Part shown: one piece after another, positions 16,693 through 22,772 of the stretch
Layout: each line of letters starts with the position of its first letter
Position numbering within the stretch: position 1 is the stretch's first letter
Origin: Vibrio vulnificus CMCP6
GTDB taxonomy: Bacteria; Pseudomonadota; Gammaproteobacteria; Enterobacterales; Vibrionaceae
Direction of reading: 5' to 3'
Length of the DNA stretch: 32,000 nucleotides
Assembly: GCF_000039765.1 (NCBI RefSeq)
Contig: NC_004459.3
Location: 60,001 to 92,000 of the forward strand
Translations under genes and position numbers: made by a program
The notes under the pieces: model-generated
The model's database searches: none
The model's input: the letters and a program-made list of their open reading frames with translations, nothing else
Told to the model about the DNA's origin: nothing

Positions 16693-17384
16693 GTGCTGGC
16701 CTCCCGCATAGCTGACGACAATGATTCACGATCCGGCGTGGTATACACCGAGGTAGTCGCAATGTTGGAATGACCAAGCACCGCCTGAACACGGCGAAGC
16801 GCATCCGGTGATGTGGTGCGTTCCAAATAGCGCTTAGCCCAACTGTGGCGCAGCCAGTGTGGTGTCCCTTCCGGCACATTGGCCAAACGGCACCAAGTCG
16901 AAAAGCGAGATTGAAACGATCGGCGACTCATCGCCTGACGGTTACGGCTGAGAAAAAGCGGACGCTCTAAACGAGGGGTATCCCACTCAATGCCTTGGCT
17001 CATTTCGACATGAATTTTCAGCAACTGCTTGAGCGCATGAATGGCGGATTTGTTGAGAGCAATCGGGTGTTTTTTCTGGTTCTTGGCGTTTTCACTGCGG
17101 TAAATCAGATAGCCTTCTTCAAGGCTTTGCTCCGCTTCACCTACCGTTAAACCGAGCATTGGCAGGTTAAAACGCTTGGCTTTATCGGCATCGGGGCCAG
17201 CCAGCACACCGAGGCGAACGGCGGTTTCGCGCATCAGCAGCATCCAGTAATAATCACGCTGTGCATAAATGCCGTAAGTCTGCTTAACCGTGTTAAACAA
17301 CTGCTTCTCTTCCTGCTCAGTAAAGTAGTGAAGAAAGAACTGAGTCGATGATTGGTTTTGAGAGTGTGAAATTAGGGTTGTCAT
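16680..17384 (-). CDS. tyrosine recombinase, catalytic domain only (Xer/phage-integrase family, 234 aa)
   Basis: Carries the full catalytic set: Arg in RETAVRLG, HWLRHSWA (H-x-x-R), LGHSNIATTSVYT (His..Tyr). Only about 40 aa precede the catalytic domain, so there is no SAM-like core-binding domain. SD AGGAGG. Confidence 0.8.
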   Translation of the reverse strand: MTTLISHSQNQSSTQFFLHYFTEQEEKQLFNTVKQTYGIYAQRDYYWMLLMRETAVRLGVLAGPDADKAKRFNLPMLGLTVGEAEQSLEEGYLIYRSENAKNQKKHPIALNKSAIHALKQLLKIHVEMSQGIEWDTPRLERPLFLSRNRQAMSRRSFQSRFSTWCRLANVPEGTPHWLRHSWAKRYLERTTSPDALRRVQAVLGHSNIATTSVYTTPDRESLSSAMREASTCFR

Positions 17385-17413
17385 GGCCTACCTCCTTTGG
17401 CTTCGCCGTTGAA

Positions 17414-17893
17414 TTAACCGTTAACCAATGCGCGCAAACGCTCGAGCAGCTCCAGTGCCGCGGCAAACGTTTCTTGCAGTTCGCGTTCGATACGATCGAA
17501 CTCATGGCGCTCGATGTCCCCATCTTCGAGGGCATCAGCAATGGCGCGGTTCACATCGCCGATTTCGGCGTGCCAACGGCTGTAACAGTTGAGCAGCTCC
17601 ATGTCGGAAATAGCTCGGTAGTCACCAAGAAAGTAGATGGAATGGTTCAGCTCGGAAGCAATGGAGCGGAGAATTTGCACATCCCCCGTGAATTGCATCA
17701 GCTTAATAGCATCAAACAAACCCAGTTTATGGCTGGTTTGATTGGGGTTGATCTCGTTTAGCAACACACCAGGTCTTTTATTTAGGTGCTGCTCAACCGT
17801 TTCGTTATGGCCATAATCTTTTAGCGTTTGGTACAAAGCATGTACCACCTGCGGAAAAACGCAGGTAGGTGATGGGACGATAGCAGTATGCAT
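17414..17893 (-). CDS. phage regulatory protein, 186 CII-like (CP76 family)
   Basis: VLLNEINPNQTSHKLGLFDAIKLMQFTGDVQILRSIASEL parallels 186 CII (TLRNKLNPEQPHQFTPPELWLLTDLTEDSTLVDGFLAQI, recalled). SD GAGGAG. The position after the Cro/Apl analogue fits. Confidence 0.7.
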   Translation of the reverse strand: MHTAIVPSPTCVFPQVVHALYQTLKDYGHNETVEQHLNKRPGVLLNEINPNQTSHKLGLFDAIKLMQFTGDVQILRSIASELNHSIYFLGDYRAISDMELLNCYSRWHAEIGDVNRAIADALEDGDIERHEFDRIERELQETFAAALELLERLRALVNG

Positions 17894-17918
17894 CGTAAGC
17901 TCCTCAAAAATTGGTACG

Positions 17919-17947
17919 TTTCCATTTTTTGAAGCCTGCGCTACAAT
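17919..17947 (+). promoter_or_regulatory. candidate sigma70 promoter firing antisense to the early operon
   Basis: TTTCCA (17919-17924), exact 17-nt spacer, TACAAT (17942-17947). Confidence 0.4.
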
Positions 17948-17953
17948 CTACCT

Positions 17954-18075
17954 CAGGATGAAATGGTGTTGGAGCCGTGAGCATAGAGGTTGCCGCCTCG
18001 CTCGTTATCCTAGTGGTTGACTGTGAAATTCAGACTTCTACGGCCCTTACCGATTGCCGTTGGTAAGGGTTTTTT
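17954..18075 (+). ncRNA. candidate ~120-nt antisense small RNA (cis-antisense to the cII leader)
   Basis: Bounded by the promoter above and the intrinsic terminator at 18044-18075. No plus-strand gene upstream could otherwise use that terminator. The only ORF inside is 20 codons with no spaced SD. The ends are predicted, not measured. Confidence 0.35.
18044..18075 (+). terminator. intrinsic terminator, plus-strand specific
   Basis: CCCTTACC (18044-18051) pairs with GGTAAGGG (18062-18069) and is followed by T6 (18070-18075). In the minus orientation the hairpin is followed by CCGTAG, so there is no U-tract. Confidence 0.65.
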
Positions 18076-18084
18076 AATACCTGT

Positions 18085-18273
18085 TCACATCGCCTCCTTT
18101 AATGGTGGCAATCCCAACTCCTCCTCTTTCTCCGCTACTGCTTTTTTCAGAAGAATCCGGGTCATTTGTGCCGGTTTACGTTCATCTAACGTTGCTAAAC
18201 GCTCGACTCTGCGTCTTAAATCTAAATCACGCGTAGCAACCAGATCCGCATTTGGATTTTTTAAATTAGCCAC
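18085..18273 (-). CDS. ribbon-helix-helix (Arc/CopG-like) protein, first early gene; Cro/Apl/Cox analogue by position
   Basis: 62 aa, GTG start 6 nt after TAGGAG. RRRVERLATLDERKPAQMTRILLKKAV fits the helix-turn-helix part of an RHH fold. Divergent from the repressor gene. Confidence 0.6.
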   Translation of the reverse strand: MANLKNPNADLVATRDLDLRRRVERLATLDERKPAQMTRILLKKAVAEKEEELGLPPLKEAM

Positions 18274-18325
18274 TTGTTACTCCTAATATGTTAAGCTCAA
18301 TTTTTGAAGCTAACTGAAAACAAAA

Positions 18326-18383
18326 GTTCCAGATATTTAACTTTGTTAACGTTCGATGTAGATACTAGATCCGTTTCTGGAAC
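18326..18383. promoter_or_regulatory. candidate operator set in the divergent switch region
   Basis: Inverted 8-mers GTTCCAGA (18326-18333) and TCTGGAAC (18376-18383) flank a 13-bp palindrome TTAACTTTGTTAA (18337-18349). All lie within the 135-bp spacer between the RHH and repressor starts. Confidence 0.3.
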
Positions 18384-18408
18384 AAAACAAGCCGAGGAAG
18401 GTAAAAAA

Positions 18409-19215
18409 ATGGATCTTTCTTTTGATGAGCGTCTAAATTTCGTTCTTAAAGATAGAAAACAAACTCCATGGGGAAAGAGTTTGGGGTTTACTGGCGCTTC
18501 GATATCTCACATTTTTTCTGGCGGCAGAATTCCTGGCCCTGAGTTCCTCCAAGCCATCCGACGTGCCGAAAACGTTAACCTGAACTGGCTGCTGACGGGT
18601 GAAGGTGCGCCTTATATCGTTGAGTACTACCAATCTGCTGACGCTCTATCCGACTACGTCTGTGCCATGCTCCATGAAGAAGAGTGGGTGGTACATGTCT
18701 GCTCATACCGTGGAATTGCCTGCGTGGTGTTCACGCAACCAGGGCAATACGAGTTCAAAGGAAAATGGATTGATTACCGTATCGTCCACGTTGTGGTTGG
18801 CCCAGGTGATGAGGTGTTAACCAATCTGCTGCATGATTACCACAAAGGCGGTGGGCACATCTTCGTACCAGAATTGACCGAGGAAGAACGTGAAACTGTT
18901 ATCCAAGGCCAAGTCGGTACTTACCTGATGTTTGAACAAATGAACCCGATGCTAAACACCATACGAGTAGAAACTCACATAACTGAAATTGAATTTACAG
19001 GTGGTGAACGCACAGAGAAGCCGGTGGATATCACCATCATGCGTGCCGTCGTTCGTCTGGTAGACGATTGCGAGCACACGCTAGGAACATCGCTCACCAG
19101 CGACCAACGAGCAAGAGTGATCACTGCTGTGTACCGTCAGGCGGAACGCCTCAAACTGACTGAAGAAGAGATACAAGCCACCATAGAAACATCCTTCGAT
19201 GTATTAAGTGACTGA
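18409..19215 (+). CDS. CI-type prophage repressor (Phage_CI_repr-type N-terminal HTH; C-terminal domain of unknown type)
   Basis: ATG at 18409 follows GAGGAAGG. FDERLNFVLKDRKQTPWGKSLGFTGASISHIFSGGRIPGPEFLQAIRRAENVNLNWLLTGEG is the 186-CI-like HTH pattern. No S24 peptidase Ser/Lys motifs were recognised in the remaining ~190 aa. Confidence 0.75.
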   Translation: MDLSFDERLNFVLKDRKQTPWGKSLGFTGASISHIFSGGRIPGPEFLQAIRRAENVNLNWLLTGEGAPYIVEYYQSADALSDYVCAMLHEEEWVVHVCSYRGIACVVFTQPGQYEFKGKWIDYRIVHVVVGPGDEVLTNLLHDYHKGGGHIFVPELTEEERETVIQGQVGTYLMFEQMNPMLNTIRVETHITEIEFTGGERTEKPVDITIMRAVVRLVDDCEHTLGTSLTSDQRARVITAVYRQAERLKLTEEEIQATIETSFDVLSD

Positions 19216-19259
19216 TCACCTTTACGTCGATTCTCTACTGCTTGTTCCAAACGTGCTAG

Positions 19260-19295
19260 CGCCAGAGCCAACACTTGTTGCTCTGGCGTTTTTTT
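19260..19295 (+). terminator. intrinsic terminator after the repressor gene
   Basis: CGCCAGAGC (19260-19268) pairs with GCTCTGGCG (19280-19288) and is followed by T7 (19289-19295). Confidence 0.7.
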
Positions 19296-19486
19296 ATTGA
19301 ATGACCTAACCATTTGCGTCCTGATTTATGTTTTTCTCTTTTGCCGTACAGTTTACTGATTTTTGCAACGTAGATTGCAGTGCTATCGCTCACATAGCGA
19401 AACTGTAGACACTGACTTAAATATCAGAGACGGATTGTCTCCCTTCACCTTGCGGTGTTTTTTTTCCCTGTATGATGCGCAGCGAA

Positions 19487-19798
19487 ATGAAGAGCCAAAG
19501 ATTAAAACAAGCGAGAAAGGCAGCGGGGTTATCCAGGGAGCAGGTTGCTAAGGCCATGCACAAATCTCCGCATACCATTAAATCCTGGGAAACCACCTCA
19601 CGTCAGCCAAGAACGCTACGTGAGGTTGAACGCTTGTGTTCGATTTTGGGGATTACAGTGAGCTGGTATTTAACGGGCCAGCCTCCGGTGAAACCAATTA
19701 TGCCCAGTGAACGAGAGCAGGAACTGCTAGCCCTGTTTTCAGGGCTAAGCGATGAACAGCAAAGTGCGGTGTTGGAGTTGATTAAGGTGATGGGGTAG
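19487..19798 (+). CDS. XRE-family HTH transcriptional regulator
   Basis: MKSQRLKQARKAAGLSREQVAKAMHKSPHTIKSWE is a canonical XRE HTH. Alternative ATGs lie at 19472 and 19475, and none has a clear SD. Confidence 0.65.
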   Translation: MKSQRLKQARKAAGLSREQVAKAMHKSPHTIKSWETTSRQPRTLREVERLCSILGITVSWYLTGQPPVKPIMPSEREQELLALFSGLSDEQQSAVLELIKVMG

Positions 19799-21095
19799 AG
19801 ACCGGAGCCTTAGCCTCTAATTCTGGCGTCTGTTCTAGGCTTGATGACTTTGCTTTCAGTTTGTCGAGTTCAAGATTTATTTTTTCTAGCTCGTTATTTT
19901 TCCGCTGCAATAACTCTTCGTATGAGGCTCTTTGAATTTCCAACTCTTTATCTTGATACAGACTGTAAACAGTTAAAGCCACGCCAATGACCGTTGCAAC
20001 GGCCGCAATGAAGGAAATAATGAACGTCCACCAAGAAAATTTCTTCGCTGCATCACTAGATTTTTTGGTCTCTTCCGCCGTTTCGCGTTGAACATTAGTT
20101 TGCTCTTGAATGTACGAGTTGTTCTCAATACTGACATCTATAAGCGTATCCAATCGTTCGTTGGTTCTATCAACAGCTGTTGGACCGACTGTATATGCAA
20201 GGTCTGACAATGTAGGAAGTTCCAAATGAGACTCAGAGGAGATAATTGGCTTAATATGCTCAGCTTTTCCAACTTGATTCGCTGCTAATACAGCGTCATT
20301 TATGCTTTTTAGGTTGGCAGGCATAATATCGTGAATAGCTTTCAAGTGTGGCGGCAATGAAGCAAAGTACTCGATATTTTTAACTGCCGATAGAGCTGGA
20401 TTATCTTGGGATAGGAAGCTTTGAATATCACTAGTTGGGGAGTTTGGAATAATAGACTTCACGTAGTCACTCCACGTATCGCGAGCAACACTCCCTTGAG
20501 TTGCTAATCTATGCATCCACTCCTGCTCTGGCGAACTCTGCATGATATTTTTAATGGTATCATCAACCAGATAGGTACTCGATTTAATAGTTTTAAGCTG
20601 TTCCTCTAAACTCTTCCCTAATATGTTTAGGTCTTGGTACTGCTTGCCTATTTGATTAGAAAAGACTGATTCAGCATAGGTCTTCGCTCGAGAAACAGTA
20701 TCTTTATGCTGTTTCACGTGCCGTTTATGAAGAGCTTCAATTGCGTTCATCTCATTCCCGCTCGTTTTCTCCTCTCCCTTTTTCAGAATTAAGCTTGCAA
20801 TATTTTCTAGACTGCTGCGGCTCAGTTTAGCGCAGAGTTCTTCGTCTAAAACATAGCTATCAGGTCTTTGTTTATCTTCTGACAATGTATCTATTGGGTA
20901 GCAGGTAAACCGAGCCAATAACCGAAGATATTCTTCCCCAGACAGCCCCTCAATGTCACCTTTAAAAGATTTCATTAGGTCTAAATTAGCGCGAACAACA
21001 TAATTGAAAACCGCTAGCTTACCAATTTCTGTGTCCACCTCGCCTAAATAAGGTTTGAAAACTTTAAATCCTATTGCATGTAGCTTTTCTGACAT
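19782..21095 (-). CDS. 437-aa protein of unknown function with one C-proximal TM helix followed by a coiled coil; AT-rich cargo gene
   Basis: Long ORF with ATG at 21095, 8 nt after AAGGTGA. Hydrophobic segment FSWWTFIISFIAAVATVIGVALTVYSLY (DNA about 19956-20039), then heptad-like QDKELEIQRASYEELLQRKNNELEKINLELDKLKAK. No family recognised. Confidence 0.65.
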   Translation of the reverse strand: MSEKLHAIGFKVFKPYLGEVDTEIGKLAVFNYVVRANLDLMKSFKGDIEGLSGEEYLRLLARFTCYPIDTLSEDKQRPDSYVLDEELCAKLSRSSLENIASLILKKGEEKTSGNEMNAIEALHKRHVKQHKDTVSRAKTYAESVFSNQIGKQYQDLNILGKSLEEQLKTIKSSTYLVDDTIKNIMQSSPEQEWMHRLATQGSVARDTWSDYVKSIIPNSPTSDIQSFLSQDNPALSAVKNIEYFASLPPHLKAIHDIMPANLKSINDAVLAANQVGKAEHIKPIISSESHLELPTLSDLAYTVGPTAVDRTNERLDTLIDVSIENNSYIQEQTNVQRETAEETKKSSDAAKKFSWWTFIISFIAAVATVIGVALTVYSLYQDKELEIQRASYEELLQRKNNELEKINLELDKLKAKSSSLEQTPELEAKAPVSTPSP

Positions 21096-21167
21096 CGGCT
21101 CATTCACCTTCACTTAAGTAATGAAACTATATTATTACTAGACGCCAGCGCTACACAACAAGATGCA

Positions 21168-22175
21168 TTACTTTAAAGCTGGAATAAGTCCGATCTCGTT
21201 TTTCGGAGCCACAAAGCGGCCGCTGAGTAAGTGGCCGTTTGCATCTAACGTTTCGGTGACGCTCTCACACATCCACTCGCCGTTAAACTGGGAACGGTGA
21301 TGACCACTGAGCGAAATATTGCGCTCGGCAATCACGCCAGGAATGAACGGCAACTCATCTATCTCCAAGGTGTACTCTGCTCGTTTTAGATTGTGCAGCT
21401 CGGTTTCGGCGGCAGAACGCGCGGTCGCTTCATCTTGAAACAGGGTATTCAGGGTTTTGGCTTTACCGGAGCTTTCCCCCACTCGCACGGTTTTGGTTTC
21501 GGCTAAATCGGTATCTCGCCACTTGGCCACAACCGCATCAAACTTGGCCGCACCAGATAGGGTAATCGTCGCTTGCACTTGGTCGGTAAGCCGAACCGCA
21601 ATGGCCGAGAGCGTTTTACCACTCACGCTTTGGTTGTCGCCTTTGGGGAAAAACACCAGTTTGTCTTGGGCCACTTTCATAGTGGCGTTGTTTTCTGCCG
21701 CCAGTTCGGTGAGTAAGTCGGCGTCACTCTGGCCTGTCTGCAAACGATGGACGATTTCCACCGACGCATAGGCATCGGCCACCGCTGGTTGATAGCCGCA
21801 TCGAGAAGCAACGGTCTCAACCAAAGATTTGAGCGTGGTGTTTTCCCAAGTATGATCCCGTTGGTTTTTGAACTCGCCGGATAGGTTGGCCGCATCCCCC
21901 GAGAGGGTGATGGTTTGCTCTGGGCTGCTCAGTTTCACCGAGTTCACCACAAAGGTGCCTCGGTTGGTGAGTGCCTTATTGTTCTCGCCCGTTGAGATCT
22001 GCAGTTTGGCTTCAGTCTTGGGAAAGGCAATTTTTCCATCGTCCACAAGTACCAGTGTGAAGCTGTCTGAGTTTGTGCCGGCTTCATCGGTAATGCTCAA
22101 ACTGATAAAGCGCGGCTTGATGACATCGGTGATGTCTTTGCCATCGGCGACGATTTTAAACGCGGCTAATCCCAC
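21168..22175 (-). CDS. gpD: P2 gpD-like tail/late protein
   Basis: N-terminus FKIVADGKDITDVIKPRFISLSITDEAGTNSDSFTLVL is the gpD family pattern. It is the last gene of the tail operon, as in P2. Confidence 0.85.
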   Translation of the reverse strand: MGLAAFKIVADGKDITDVIKPRFISLSITDEAGTNSDSFTLVLVDDGKIAFPKTEAKLQISTGENNKALTNRGTFVVNSVKLSSPEQTITLSGDAANLSGEFKNQRDHTWENTTLKSLVETVASRCGYQPAVADAYASVEIVHRLQTGQSDADLLTELAAENNATMKVAQDKLVFFPKGDNQSVSGKTLSAIAVRLTDQVQATITLSGAAKFDAVVAKWRDTDLAETKTVRVGESSGKAKTLNTLFQDEATARSAAETELHNLKRAEYTLEIDELPFIPGVIAERNISLSGHHRSQFNGEWMCESVTETLDANGHLLSGRFVAPKNEIGLIPALK

Positions 22176-22372
22176 AAGCTAATCTCCTCTTCGGCGGTTG
22201 GCGCTTCAAGTTTAGGCAGGTGTATCTCGATACCCGCTTTCAACGGGTGCGGCAAAGCCGATAACCCTCGGTTTGCTTTTAACACCTGCTCATACGCGCC
22301 TGGTAAGCCGTTGTAATAACGGTCGGAGATATCGTCAATCTGGTCGCCTTCTTTGGTGATGTAAGTTGTCAT
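22166..22372 (-). CDS. gpX: tail protein X (LysM-like, Phage_tail_X)
   Basis: 68 aa. YITKEGDQIDDISDRYYG...VLKANRGLS...LKAGIEIHLP is the Phage_tail_X pattern. Confidence 0.8.
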   Translation of the reverse strand: MTTYITKEGDQIDDISDRYYNGLPGAYEQVLKANRGLSALPHPLKAGIEIHLPKLEAPTAEEEISLWD

Positions 22373-22764
22373 GCGCCACCTTCCGGATGTTCTTTTAGTT
22401 CAATGGTGAACTCGATTTTTCTTGCTACCCCTTTGGTAAAGAGCTCTTGCTTCTCGACTTGCAGCTGGCGAATAGTCCAGTAGCCCCAATCGCGCCCTGT
22501 ACCATCGACCAAACGCAGCGGCGCGCCTTTGTCGCCTTCGGCTTTCATTTTGTCGGTTTGCTCTAAACCGCCACGAAAATGAGGGTAGATAATGCCCATA
22601 AAGCGCAGCGAGGAAAGGTCGGGGCCAATAAACTGCGGTTTGGGTTTTGCTCCGGCGACGTTGTGATCGGTCCATCGCCAAGAGTGGGTTTCACTAATGC
22701 TTTTCAGCGCTGCGGTGTTGATGGAAAAACGGTAATCACCCAACGCCATCATGACATCTGCCAT
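22369..22764 (-). CDS. gpU: P2 gpU-like tail protein
   Basis: MMALGDYRFSINTAA...HSWRW is a gpU-type N-terminus. Lies between the tape measure and X/D. Confidence 0.8.
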   Translation of the reverse strand: MADVMMALGDYRFSINTAALKSISETHSWRWTDHNVAGAKPKPQFIGPDLSSLRFMGIIYPHFRGGLEQTDKMKAEGDKGAPLRLVDGTGRDWGYWTIRQLQVEKQELFTKGVARKIEFTIELKEHPEGGA

Positions 22765-22772
22765 AAGTTCTC

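Noticed and set aside
17958-18020. 20-codon ORF (MKWCWSREHRGCRLARYPSG) inside the candidate sRNA
   Set aside because: The only purine-rich stretch (AGG) abuts the ATG with no spacing, and the peptide has no recognisable features. It is kept as an alternative reading only.
18017-18286. 89-aa plus-strand ORF
   Set aside because: It runs through the plus-strand terminator hairpin and is antisense to the RHH gene. It has no start signals.
19296-19470. Search for a LexA (SOS) box CTGT-N8-ACAG upstream of the XRE gene and in the switch region
   Set aside because: Only partial half-sites (for example CTGTAGACACTGAC) were seen, with no full dyad.
21114-21167. Possible promoter for the 437-aa gene (TTGTGT, 18 nt, TAATAT on the minus strand)
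   Set aside because: The -35 match is weak and the spacing is non-optimal. It was not strong enough to list as a feature, though an independent promoter here remains plausible.
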